In this document: piece after piece, positions 1-9,204 of the stretch | How the letters are laid out: the number at the start of each line of letters is the position of its first letter | Position numbering within the stretch: position 1 is the first letter of the stretch | NCBI GenBank assembly: GCA_002773495.1 | Contig: PFAX01000037.1 | Coordinates: forward strand, 1-39,300 | Direction of reading: 5' to 3' | DNA: 39,300 nucleotides | From: a bacterium (Candidatus Gribaldobacteria) CG10_big_fil_rev_8_21_14_0_10_37_21 | GTDB lineage: Bacteria; Patescibacteriota; Minisyncoccia; Minisyncoccales; CG1-02-41-26 | Notes under the pieces: model-generated | What the model saw: only the letters and a program-made list of their open reading frames with translations | The model's database searches: none | Told to the model about the DNA's origin: nothing | Translations under genes and position numbers: made by a program

Positions 1-1
1 A

Positions 2-2983
2 ACAATCAGGTATTGACGAATATTCAGGAAACAAAGCTGGGTGGCTTTCTCTGTAATCCTGAATCTTTTCCGAGACCGCCCCACTCGTGTATTTCGTTAC
101 TAAATCGCTCACATATTTTTTAGTATACTGGGCTATCTTCCCCCTCAAACCCTCAACACAACACTGCCCAGCTGTCCCTGAAGATTTAAACATCTCTCCT
201 TTATAACAGCCATTGTCATGCCCTCCTCCACTAGGAATACCAGGGCCAACACAATGCCCCGACCCATCGCACCCCCCAGAAATATTATTCTTTTTACAAG
301 GAGTTGTTAGTTGTTCAAAGGTTATATCACAATCGCTCCAGTTTTTAATTGGGTCTCCATTTTTGTTGATTGTTCTACAACAACCATTTATCCTACAAGC
401 CACAGCTTTGTCTATTGAGCTTACAAAATCAAGGATTGTGCCTAACAAAGGCACATCAGTTAGTTTTGTTTCCATGACTTTGTCAAGTTTAGTCATTTTA
501 CTAACTGAAGTAGTTAAGGCCCCATTTAAAATAGCGTCATAGTATTTAACGGTTTGCGTGTCTAAATGATTTTTAAATTCTTCGTCTAACTTATCTTTAA
601 GTCGGCCGGTTAAAAAGTCCTTAAACTCACCTGAATTTGATAATAAATCTATAATCGGAGAGTTAATAGTTTTAAGCAATGTCTTTGAAATATAGTCAGG
701 CGACAGGTTGTTCTTCTTGCACTCTTTAAATTCTGCGAAGCATGGGTCGCCTGTTTCTTTAAGACAACTTTCAAAAGCACTCATGCTCATATTTTTAACG
801 CATTTGCCATTCTCAAACCCGCAGGCCTTTATATTCTGGCCACCACAACTACCAACGCAACCAGCGATAACCCTGTCTTTTAGGTCGTCCCCGTAGCCCT
901 CTGCAACATTTTCAGAGGCCAAGTCAGCTAAGGCCGGGATATTCGCAACCAAGGAAGCAATTAGGCGGTCAGCTGACCCATTAGAGATGGCTGTATGCAA
1001 GATAGCGTCAATTTGCTCACGGGAGACCTGATAATTGGCTTTGCCAAACGCACTTGACAAACACTCTTGGAAAAACCCTTCAATTCGCTCTAACGATAAA
1101 TCAGTTAAAACCGAGAATAAACTTGCTCGGCTTGATTCTCTATAAACAAACTGGTTATGCTCTAAAACCGCTTGGTCAAAAACATCCCCTTCCATTGCTA
1201 GATAAAAATTACCCGCATCATAAAAAGTAAAACTAAAGGCCATAGTCGGCTTAACAAATAGATCAAAGAGCCCTTCCCAAAAACTTTTGTTGTTTAAAGT
1301 GGTTATCGGTAGAGGGATGGTAGAATAGGCAGTATTGCTAAACTTTTCTGGGGTTTCAACTACTAAAGAATACGCACTAGGCAAGTTTTGGCTAAAAGGC
1401 GTAAACTCGTTTTCAAACATTCTACCTTGCGGATGAGCATTTCTTAACAAAAAGGCCATTGAATTATTAACTAAAACCTTGCCCAAGGGCTCAACTTGCT
1501 CTATAACAAACTTAGCTTTAAGCCCTTCAAGGTCAGCTAAGGCCGATTGAAGCTCCATCCGTTTGGCTCTGATAAACCTTTTTGGCTCAACATTTACTTT
1601 CAAATAATCACAAACCGATAAAGGAACAATCTTTTTATCCTCGTCTTTTATTTCATAAGCGATATTCGGATTAAACATTGTCGCGTCGCCAGCCAAGGGC
1701 TCAATTTTATAATAACCCCAAAATTCATTTCCTTCTTGGCATTGGCTCGGCAAGGTCGGTCTATAGGGTTCTGCTTCCCAAGCCCGAACATTTTTAACTT
1801 CATTAGTTGTTGGGTCAATAATTGAAACAACTCTCACCCTTACCTCTCTTATATCGCACGAAGGCGCGCCATTGCTTAAACGGCTTTCCCCACAGTCCTG
1901 GCATTGAAGCCCGCAAATGTCTTGGCTGGTTGCCTCTGCTGGTTCAACGCCTAAATCCGTCCAGTATTGTCGTGCTCCTACAATATCCAAGCCCCCGACA
2001 CACTCGCCATAATAGCCACTGATTGTTTCTTTTGTTCCGTCATCTTTCTCAGTTTCTTTGGTTTCCCAATGCCATTCGTCATGATACTTGCCATCCCCGC
2101 ACTTGCAATCCCGCATAATATCCAGCAAGCCAAAGTCCTCTTTTCCTGGCGGGGTATCGCCTGCGATATCGCCTTCAATAACCTTGATTACCTTATTTAA
2201 AGCCAACTCGGCTTGTCTTAAATAAAGTTCTGATTTAAAAATTTCATCTACAGCTATGCCCGAGCTGTCAGCTAAGGCCGTCAATGGTTGAAATGCCCCG
2301 AAAAGAAACCCAAAAAGTTTATTTTCTTTTAAGCTCCTTTTAAAAGCTAAATAAGCGTTACCTTGGGCTGTTGTTTGGCTGGCTTGCTCTATCTCTTGAT
2401 AGTTATTGTCATAGTCGCCAACGCCATTAACCGCTTTTTTAAGGGTTGTGCCAACAGAGGCAACCGCCACTTGTGCTTCTAATAAAGGGTTAAGCTTGTA
2501 AAGCACAACTTTATTGGCGTCTTCATCAGCATTGGTCAAATTAGCTGGGGTGGGGGCTGTTTTTGGTAAGTTCCAGTTGAATAAAACCAATTGGGGGTTA
2601 ATCACAAGTAAAATTAAAAAAGCAAAGGCCAAAATGGCTAAGCCCAAAAACCCGTTTTTCGCCATTTCTTGGGCCTTTATGGCCAAACCCACATTGCCAG
2701 CCGAAGCCATTCTTAAAAAGCCAGCTACAATTAAAACAACCAAACACACCCCTAAAACAAGATAGAAAACAAGCCGGGTTAAGTAGGTTATCAGCTCGCC
2801 CAACCCCTTTTCTGCTTGGGGTTGATTAATAATTTCTTCAACTGTTTTATCAATTCCGGGTACCTTTGGGTAGGTCTGCTCTAACTGTAAGTCAGCGGCA
2901 AAACACCCTTTAAAAACAAGTAAAAAACCAACAGCTAAAAACGCTATTTTTAAAAGTTTATATTTTCTTTTTTTACTTTTCAT
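2..2983 (-). CDS. Large protein (>=994 aa, runs off the left edge) with N-terminal TrbC/VirB2-like (CPR T4SS pilin-type) domain and long Cys-rich C-terminal region; not in ORF track
   Basis: ATG at 2983 gives MKSKKRKYKLLKIAFLAVGFLLVFKGCFA (signal peptide-like), then LVVLIVAGFLRMASAGNVGLAIKAQEMAKNGFLGLAILAFAFLILLVINPQL, a two-helix pattern typical of CPR pilin-like proteins. The frame is open wherever I spot-checked it, and its absence from the track is consistent with no in-window stop. Confidence 0.8.
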   Translation of the reverse strand, partial: MKSKKRKYKLLKIAFLAVGFLLVFKGCFAADLQLEQTYPKVPGIDKTVEEIINQPQAEKGLGELITYLTRLVFYLVLGVCLVVLIVAGFLRMASAGNVGLAIKAQEMAKNGFLGLAILAFAFLILLVINPQLVLFNWNLPKTAPTPANLTNADEDANKVVLYKLNPLLEAQVAVASVGTTLKKAVNGVGDYDNNYQEIEQASQTTAQGNAYLAFKRSLKENKLFGFLFGAFQPLTALADSSGIAVDEIFKSELYLRQAELALNKVIKVIEGDIAGDTPPGKEDFGLLDIMRDCKCGDGKYHDEWHWETKETEKDDGTKETISGYYGECVGGLDIVGARQYWTDLGVEPAEATSQDICGLQCQDCGESRLSNGAPSCDIREVRVRVVSIIDPTTNEVKNVRAWEAEPYRPTLPSQCQEGNEFWGYYKIEPLAGDATMFNPNIAYEIKDEDKKIVPLSVCDYLKVNVEPKRFIRAKRMELQSALADLEGLKAKFVIEQVEPLGKVLVNNSMAFLLRNAHPQGRMFENEFTPFSQNLPSAYSLVVETPEKFSNTAYSTIPLPITTLNNKSFWEGLFDLFVKPTMAFSFTFYDAGNFYLAMEGDVFDQAVLEHNQFVYRESSRASLFSVLTDLSLERIEGFFQECLSSAFGKANYQVSREQIDAILHTAISNGSADRLIASLVANIPALADLASENVAEGYGDDLKDRVIAGCVGSCGGQNIKACGFENGKCVKNMSMSAFESCLKETGDPCFAEFKECKKNNLSPDYISKTLLKTINSPIIDLLSNSGEFKDFLTGRLKDKLDEEFKNHLDTQTVKYYDAILNGALTTSVSKMTKLDKVMETKLTDVPLLGTILDFVSSIDKAVACRINGCCRTINKNGDPIKNWSDCDITFEQLTTPCKKNNISGGCDGSGHCVGPGIPSGGGHDNGCYKGEMFKSSGTAGQCCVEGLRGKIAQYTKKYVSDLVTKYTSGAVSEKIQDYRESHPALFPEYSSIPDC

Positions 2984-3066
2984 ATTGACCCCCAAGGTCT
3001 TATTTTTTAATAGTGTCGGACACATATCAGACTATCAACAGGCACTAGTCTGACACAGAAATCCCT

Positions 3067-4206
3067 TTAATTAGGGCTTAAAAAGTCTAAAAAATTCTTT
3101 GAATTAACCACTGAAAATTTTGAATTAGGATAACTATCCAGCCATTCTTTTGGCGACTTTAGCTGGCTTTCCGCCCATTTTGCCTCATAAGCAAACAGCC
3201 TGCCTTCCCTTTCAACAATTAGATCAATTTCTTTTTGGTCATAAGTTCTCCAAAAGTAAAAATTGGCAGAGTGCCCGCTATTATTCAGGGCCTTCATTTT
3301 TTCAATAACAAAAAAATTTTCAAACAAAACGCCAGCATCGTTTCTCATCTTTAGGGGGTTAAAATTGCGGATTAAGCTGTTTCTTAAACCAAGGTCAATG
3401 AAATAATATTTTGATGTTTTATAAATTTCTTTCCGTAAGTTCCGGCTAAGCCCCCGTAGGTTGACTACAACAAACATTTTTTCCAAAAGATCAAGGTATT
3501 TTTCCACTACCTGCCTTGACAAAGCCAAATTAGCGGCTAATTCTGCCACAGAAACCTCTTGACCAATTTGCAAGGCAAGTAATGACAATAAATCAACAAC
3601 TTTTTTTGGCTTTCTGATTTTTTCCAAAGACAAAACATCTCTATATAAATAATTGTTCACCAAATCATACAGATATTTTTCCTTCTCGTCTTCGCCAATA
3701 AGAGTAAGCACTTTGGGATACATCCCAAACCTCAAAAACTCTTCCAATCTTTGATTAAGGGAAAGATCTGGCAATTGCGGTTTTAATTCGCCAACAGCAA
3801 TGGGATACAAAAAGAAAGTAGCGGACCGTCCGGTCAAAGGTTCATTGATTTGATTGGCCAATTCAAAAGACGCAGATCCGGAAACAATAATTTTAATCTT
3901 TAAGCTGTCAAATAACAATTTAAGATTTAGGCCAATATTAGCAACCCTTTGAGCCTCGTCAATAATAAGATACTTTTTTTCGCCAACGGCCTTCTTAAGG
4001 GTGTCTAAATTAGACGAACTAAAAATTTCTTGGGTTCTAATGTCGTCGCCATTAAAAAAAGCGATTTCGCTCTGCTTAATTTCGGGCAAAAGCAAATCAA
4101 GCAAGGTTGTTTTACCAGCTTGTCTTGGACCATAAAGCACAATGATTTTGGGCTCTTTTGCCAATGATTTCTTAATAATTGAAACTATATTTCTATCAAT
4201 TAGCAT
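3067..4206 (-). CDS. AAA+ ATPase, AAA_14/DUF4143 (COG1373-like) family
   Basis: GPRQAGKTT Walker A, IIDEAQ Walker B, SGSAS, C-terminal FWRTYDQKEIDLIVE..AYEAKW motif. Confidence 0.9.
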   Translation of the reverse strand: MLIDRNIVSIIKKSLAKEPKIIVLYGPRQAGKTTLLDLLLPEIKQSEIAFFNGDDIRTQEIFSSSNLDTLKKAVGEKKYLIIDEAQRVANIGLNLKLLFDSLKIKIIVSGSASFELANQINEPLTGRSATFFLYPIAVGELKPQLPDLSLNQRLEEFLRFGMYPKVLTLIGEDEKEKYLYDLVNNYLYRDVLSLEKIRKPKKVVDLLSLLALQIGQEVSVAELAANLALSRQVVEKYLDLLEKMFVVVNLRGLSRNLRKEIYKTSKYYFIDLGLRNSLIRNFNPLKMRNDAGVLFENFFVIEKMKALNNSGHSANFYFWRTYDQKEIDLIVEREGRLFAYEAKWAESQLKSPKEWLDSYPNSKFSVVNSKNFLDFLSPN

Positions 4207-4236
4207 AAATTATGTAAACTATACTTTACACTATTT

Positions 4237-4266
4237 ATTATATTCTACCAAACCCCTTTTTGTCAA
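4237..4266 (-). promoter_or_regulatory. Sigma70-type promoter for the AAA/DUF4143 gene
   Basis: Minus strand TTGACA (4266-4261), 18-nt spacer, TATAAT (4242-4237), about 30 nt upstream of ATG 4206. Confidence 0.6.
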
Positions 4267-4317
4267 GGGCAATAAATTACTCTTTGTTGAATAAGTTCGC
4301 GATCGTAGATTTATTAT

Positions 4318-7300
4318 TTATTGTATGCCTTGTTGTTCTTCTTTGAGGCGACGTTTAGCTTCTTTAATTTTCTGAATTTCTTCAGGCGAACTGGTGATAA
4401 ATTGGTCTTCGGTATAAGAAGCAATCGCTTTTAGGGCAACGCGCTTTTGCCCTGCGATAAAAACACCTTCCCCAACCTCGCATTGTAAAAGCGTCATTTT
4501 TTCTTGTTCAGTTAAATTAAAAGTTTTTTGGACAACATCAATCGTGGCTGAGGATTGTTTTAATAAAAACTGCAAAGACGAGTTAGTAATAATGGGCTTG
4601 CCATATTCTGATTGCATAAAGTCAGAAACATCTTGCGTTACAGTTGTTACCCCAAGCCAGTATTTACGAGCCCTTTTACAAATACCATAAAGAAAGGAAG
4701 CCCCGTCGTCTTCTTGCATAATCCACCAGGCCTCATCAACTAACAAAATCCTCTTCTTTAAACTTGACCTAACTTGGTTCCAGATATATCTTAAAATTAT
4801 AAACATGGCCATGGGGCGCAGTTCGTCTTCCATATCTCTAATCCCAAAAACAGTAAAGTCATTTCCCATTTCAATATTTGACTTATTGTTAAAAAATGAG
4901 GCATACGAGCCCTTAGTAAACTTTCTTAAACGTTCAACTAATGATTCGGCCCTATCCATGCCACTTAAAACTGTTTCAAAGTCAGACATTATCGGTGTTC
5001 TTTCTTTCCAATTAGCTGGGTCGCTTTTTTCGGTGATATCTTTCATAGCGTACACTTCAGTTATGGCCTGATCAACAATGGCATCCTCTTCTGGGGTTAG
5101 GCCCCCTAACATAATCCTAACCAAACCAACTAAGTTAATTACACTGCCTCTTAAAATATCAGCTGGGTCTTCGTCTTCTTGAGGCACTGGTAAGTCAAAA
5201 GGGTTAAGATGGGTAGGTGAGTTCAAAGATATTTTAAAGAAAGAGCCCCCGACTGCCTCGCTTAAATACTGGTACTCGTTTTCTGGGTCAATAATAATAA
5301 CAGCCACCCCCTGCATTAAATACCTCAACACTTCTAACTTGCAAAAATAAGAATTATGGATAAACATGCCACCCTTGCCTGCTAAAAAGACGCTATTTTC
5401 ACAGGTTAAATCATAAACATATTCATCTGTTTTATTTGCTATTTTTTCAACTTTAACGATTGGGTCCCAGAAAAGATCTGCATTAGCTAAAACCTTTAAC
5501 TGCTCTAACTTTTCTCTGACCTTTGGGATATTATTGAGAAGAATTTTTTCATATCTTTGCCAAACAAGAGAAGCTGCCTCTTGAAGCATTTTGTAATTAG
5601 TGTTGCTTGCAACCCTTCCAACTAACGCTACTTGTAAAGAAGGGCTAAAATGTTTTACTTCTAAATCAGTTTCTTTAAATCCAGAATAAATAGCTTGCTT
5701 TAATTCTTTTAAATCATATTGTTGGCCTAAAACTGTTTGAATAATTTTAGAAGCATTTTTAAACCTAGGCCTTACTCCTCTATATTTAACGACATGCCAG
5801 CTACGACCGAGTTCTTGCCAAAGCTTTTTGTTTAGTTCTTTGTCTTCTTTTCCTAAATTAATTATATAAGCCAATGAGGGTAGCTGGGCTAAAACTCTAT
5901 ATATAGAAGCTTTGTCTTGAAACCGTTCAATTCTTTCTTCAATAATGCCTACCATTTCCCTAATTTTTACCTGAGAGGGCCTATAATGCCCCCGTTTTAT
6001 ATTAGAAATATCTTGAATACAGTGAAGCCCGCAACTAAATAAATCGTAAATTTCTTTAAAAATTAAATTAACGCCCGGGATAAAATCTACATTCGTATTG
6101 CCTGTTTTATTAACAATGTTTAAAAGTGCTTTTTTCTTTCTTTTTGAAATAAAATTAACTTCTCGTTGGAACTTTTGAAGGTTATCTTGGCCTGAGATAG
6201 AAAGTTTCCAATATACCTTTTTCTCTTCCCAATTAGCATTTGTTGCCCTTTTCTTAGTTTTATGAATTCTTGAAACAATCCCAAAAGAATAAAGCAAGTA
6301 AGAAATATCAGAAATTAACTTTTCTGATTTTGAGGTTGCCGTAACTTCTCTATTATTTTCTACCCCTCCATCACCCTCAAAGTAAGCAGTGAGATATTGA
6401 GCAATTTGTTCTTTATTTAAGTTAAAGATAAACGGCCAAACCCTTTTCCCCTCTGACTTTTCCTTGCTCCCCAATTTTTTAACTACTTCAGTAAAACTTC
6501 CCAAAAGCGTATAAAAACCTCTTAACTCTTTACTCTTTCCTTTCATTTCAGAAAACCTAACCCCCAAGCAAGACAAATCGCGCCTGATAAAATCAAGGAC
6601 ATCTTTTTCTGTGTTGCTAATCATCACTCTTTTATCTAAAATAGTACCTTCAGCTGTAATAATACCAGCCAATCTTAAAAACTCTGGACTATTAACAACT
6701 AAACCTTTTGACTTTAAGGGTTTTTTATTTTCTTGGGTGTTCCAAGCTATTCTTCGTGGCAAGGGGATGTATTCGCCCGCCTTAACTTCATCGCCCCTCA
6801 AAAGCTCTATTTTGCCTTGCCTTAAAGCAACTAAATTATGATCGCCAGTTGTTTCAATCTCTCTACCGCTTTTAGTTTTAAATTTATAAAAAACATCAGG
6901 CGCTTTTTTACGAGCAGCAATTTTAACCTCGCCCCAGCTCCCTTTCATTTTTTCATCAAATGTCCAAACCTTAAGCCCGGGGAATGTCTTACCCTCTAAA
7001 TCTTCATCCCTAAAATCAATGCCTTGTTTTTTGATAATTTCTTCAATAAGGGTGCCTATTTTTGTAAGCTTAACTTCGTTTTTATATTTTACTAAAGTTT
7101 CTGTTTTAAAGCTTACGCTTTTACCCGAACCACTCTTAGCAAAAACAACAAGATTGCCGTTCTCTAAAGAAAAGCGGTCAAATAAAACTAAAGAGTTATT
7201 GTGCAGGTTTAAGCCATATAAAATGCCTTCATTGGCTGACAAGTCGGGCGAAACAAAGGGAAAAATACTGCTTAAAGGGGCAGTGTTCATTGGGGTATGC

Positions 7301-7893
7301 ACCATTAACTGATCTAAGGCGTAAGGCATAGTTGAAATAAAGCCCTCTTTTTCTCTAATTAAGGCCGGTTTAAGATAAATCAGCCGACCCTCTAACATTG
7401 ACCTTAACATTGTCTCAACTTCTCTTAGTTGTTTGTCGTTGTCAGCATAAATTGTGATATAAAGGCCCAATCTGAAAACCCGCTCTCTAGCTGTTTGCAA
7501 CTCGTCTCTTAAGCGCTCAATATCTTCATAGGCGGTTTCAAGGGCCGGGTCTCGAACATAGCCCTTGTCTTCTCTCTCGGCAATTTCGGCTTGGACATCA
7601 GTAATTTTCTTTCTTAACTTTTTTAAAATCTCCCCCGAATCAGCTGGGTGGATATGCATTGAAACATCGAGGGGGGTATTAACATTAATTACGGGGCTTA
7701 ACCAGCCCGTTGACAAATACCTTGGATAGGAAAAAACAAAAAATGATTTAGCCAACCTTTCGCCCAACGAAAGATAGCTCTGCTTTATTTCAATTAAAGC
7801 AGGGGCTATTATATCGGCTATTTCAATTTCTTGAGGATTTAACTCTAATTCCTCTCTTGTTTCTTGTTTGTCTTTTTGTTTGAATAAACCCAT
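4318..7893 (-). CDS. virB4: VirB4/TraC-like type IV secretion ATPase (about 602-aa extein) interrupted by an intein
   Basis: Walker A AKSGSGK|S split by intein; IIIDPENEY, LNPFD, Walker B LLVDEAW, RARKY, VTQDV; lies downstream of PrgI-like and TraC-N-like genes. Confidence 0.85.
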   Translation of the reverse strand: MGLFKQKDKQETREELELNPQEIEIADIIAPALIEIKQSYLSLGERLAKSFFVFSYPRYLSTGWLSPVINVNTPLDVSMHIHPADSGEILKKLRKKITDVQAEIAEREDKGYVRDPALETAYEDIERLRDELQTARERVFRLGLYITIYADNDKQLREVETMLRSMLEGRLIYLKPALIREKEGFISTMPYALDQLMVHTPMNTAPLSSIFPFVSPDLSANEGILYGLNLHNNSLVLFDRFSLENGNLVVFAKSGSGKSVSFKTETLVKYKNEVKLTKIGTLIEEIIKKQGIDFRDEDLEGKTFPGLKVWTFDEKMKGSWGEVKIAARKKAPDVFYKFKTKSGREIETTGDHNLVALRQGKIELLRGDEVKAGEYIPLPRRIAWNTQENKKPLKSKGLVVNSPEFLRLAGIITAEGTILDKRVMISNTEKDVLDFIRRDLSCLGVRFSEMKGKSKELRGFYTLLGSFTEVVKKLGSKEKSEGKRVWPFIFNLNKEQIAQYLTAYFEGDGGVENNREVTATSKSEKLISDISYLLYSFGIVSRIHKTKKRATNANWEEKKVYWKLSISGQDNLQKFQREVNFISKRKKKALLNIVNKTGNTNVDFIPGVNLIFKEIYDLFSCGLHCIQDISNIKRGHYRPSQVKIREMVGIIEERIERFQDKASIYRVLAQLPSLAYIINLGKEDKELNKKLWQELGRSWHVVKYRGVRPRFKNASKIIQTVLGQQYDLKELKQAIYSGFKETDLEVKHFSPSLQVALVGRVASNTNYKMLQEAASLVWQRYEKILLNNIPKVREKLEQLKVLANADLFWDPIVKVEKIANKTDEYVYDLTCENSVFLAGKGGMFIHNSYFCKLEVLRYLMQGVAVIIIDPENEYQYLSEAVGGSFFKISLNSPTHLNPFDLPVPQEDEDPADILRGSVINLVGLVRIMLGGLTPEEDAIVDQAITEVYAMKDITEKSDPANWKERTPIMSDFETVLSGMDRAESLVERLRKFTKGSYASFFNNKSNIEMGNDFTVFGIRDMEDELRPMAMFIILRYIWNQVRSSLKKRILLVDEAWWIMQEDDGASFLYGICKRARKYWLGVTTVTQDVSDFMQSEYGKPIITNSSLQFLLKQSSATIDVVQKTFNLTEQEKMTLLQCEVGEGVFIAGQKRVALKAIASYTEDQFITSSPEEIQKIKEAKRRLKEEQQGIQ
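5353..7119 (-). mobile_element. Intein (589 aa) with LAGLIDADG homing endonuclease, inserted in VirB4 Walker A
   Basis: Begins SVSFKTETLV directly after GSGK; block B TTGDHNL; LAGIITAEG and YLTAYFEGDG endonuclease motifs; block F VYDLT; ends MFIHN followed by +1 Ser. Splicing restores GSGKSYFCK. Confidence 0.92.
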
Positions 7894-7941
7894 AATTTAA
7901 TTTTCTTATTTTGCTATTCGCTTTTTGCTTTATGCTTTATG

Positions 7942-8580
7942 CTATTTAACCAATTCGGGCATTATTTCTGGATAATAACCAACTTCCGCTTCTTTAGGAT
8001 GGTGCCAGCTCCACAAAAGCTCTATTAATTCAGGGCTTGTTAAGGGCACGACACTTAAGCCACACCTTTTCAAGCCAATCGCCACAAATTCCATTCTTTG
8101 CAAAAGTTGCTCTTTGCACATTGAAAAATTTTCGTCTGACATTATGGGTTGTTGGGGTTTAAACCCCAAAAGCCCTTTTTTCATTGAAACCTCACCTAAA
8201 GCATAAGGCACCACCACAAAAAACTGCTTGGTCATAATGGTGCCTTCTTCAACTAAGTTTTGAACAAATTTTCTGTATTCAGAAATCTGGGCTTTTAAAA
8301 GGTCATTGGCTTGGGTTTTTTCTAGCTCTTTTAAACGATCAAAGTAGCCCGTAATATTTAGTCGCCTTGATTGGACACAAATTTGGCAAGAAAAATCTAA
8401 AGAATTTAAAAAACTCTGAAACTGATAAATAGTGGCGTTTTGTTCGTCTTCTGATTTTAAATCAAAGTTAATGGAAGATACCATTAAAACGCCTCTTAAG
8501 GCCTTATTTTTTAAAACAATAATCCCATCTTTGATTTGCTTAAATTGTAAAAAATTTTGGCTTGATGTTTGTTGAGACAT
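7942..8580 (-). CDS. Conserved T4SS-cluster protein resembling the VirB4/TraC N-terminal region
   Basis: INFDLKSEDEQNA..FQSFLNSLDFSCQI..QSR and FFVVVP; sits between prgI-like and virB4. ATG at 8580 preferred over TTG 8595. Confidence 0.65.
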   Translation of the reverse strand: MSQQTSSQNFLQFKQIKDGIIVLKNKALRGVLMVSSINFDLKSEDEQNATIYQFQSFLNSLDFSCQICVQSRRLNITGYFDRLKELEKTQANDLLKAQISEYRKFVQNLVEEGTIMTKQFFVVVPYALGEVSMKKGLLGFKPQQPIMSDENFSMCKEQLLQRMEFVAIGLKRCGLSVVPLTSPELIELLWSWHHPKEAEVGYYPEIMPELVK

Positions 8581-8621
8581 GAATTTAATTTTCAATTATC
8601 AATTTTCAAAAAAAAGAAACA

Positions 8622-9038
8622 TTAAATTTCTGTGCTTCTTGTGCCTATTTCAATCCGCGAGCTCATGCTTCGCAAACGGCTTTCTGGGGCTATTTTTAAG
8701 GCCTGGGGGCCTTCGGGCTTGGGCTGAACTCTTTTAACAAAGCGGATTGGGGCGGCTGTTTCTTTTTTTGACCAAGTATAAAGACGGTTTGAAAGCAAAA
8801 AACGAAATAAATAACCAGCTAAATCAGGCAGAGTATTGCCGTTTATTTTAACAAAAGCGCCAGCGATAAAAGCCAAAGTCAAAACAATCGCTATCATCAC
8901 GGTTAAGGCCTTGGGCAAAACATACCATAAAATAAAAATAATAAAGCCCAAAGCCCCCATCACAGCTAACTTTTTAAAGGTTAGCCCAAAAGCGATGGTT
9001 GACTCTCTTTCTAAAAATTTTGGCACTGTAAATTGCAA
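8622..9038 (-). CDS. prgI: PrgI family (VirB3-like) membrane protein
   Basis: MQFTVPKFLERESTIAFGLTFKKL start, two hydrophobic segments, FVKING; TTG start; upstream of VirB4. Confidence 0.75.
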   Translation of the reverse strand: MQFTVPKFLERESTIAFGLTFKKLAVMGALGFIIFILWYVLPKALTVMIAIVLTLAFIAGAFVKINGNTLPDLAGYLFRFLLSNRLYTWSKKETAAPIRFVKRVQPKPEGPQALKIAPESRLRSMSSRIEIGTRSTEI

Positions 9039-9060
9039 AATAGTTTGTGGTTATTTTTTT

Positions 9061-9069
9061 ATTATACCA
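9061..9069 (-). promoter_or_regulatory. Extended -10 promoter of the prgI-virB4 operon
   Basis: Minus strand TGGTATAAT, 22 nt upstream of the TTG start. Confidence 0.5.
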
Positions 9070-9125
9070 TAAATAAATACAAACAAAAAAGCTTCCTCTG
9101 GGGAAAACTTTTTCATCTTTAAAAG

Positions 9126-9154
9126 AAAAACAGGACAGAAATGCCTGTTTTTTT
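9126..9154. terminator. Probable intrinsic terminator after jag
   Basis: AAAAACAGG-9 nt-CCTGTTTTTTT hairpin with A/T tails on both sides. Confidence 0.5.
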
Positions 9155-9179
9155 ATTTGCTTTTTCTACCTGCTACCAA

Positions 9180-9199
9180 CCTGCCTGCCGGCAGGCAGG
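9180..9199. repeat. 20-bp perfect palindrome within CTAC heptamers (copy 1)
   Basis: CCTGCCTGCCGGCAGGCAGG flanked by CTACCTG CTACCAA and G CTACTTA; related copies at 10471 and 31641. Confidence 0.85.
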
Positions 9200-9204
9200 G
9201 CTAC

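Noticed and set aside
213..2765. Short ORFs listed in the first 2.8 kb
   Set aside because: All overlap the long minus-strand pilin-fusion ORF in antisense or alternative frames.
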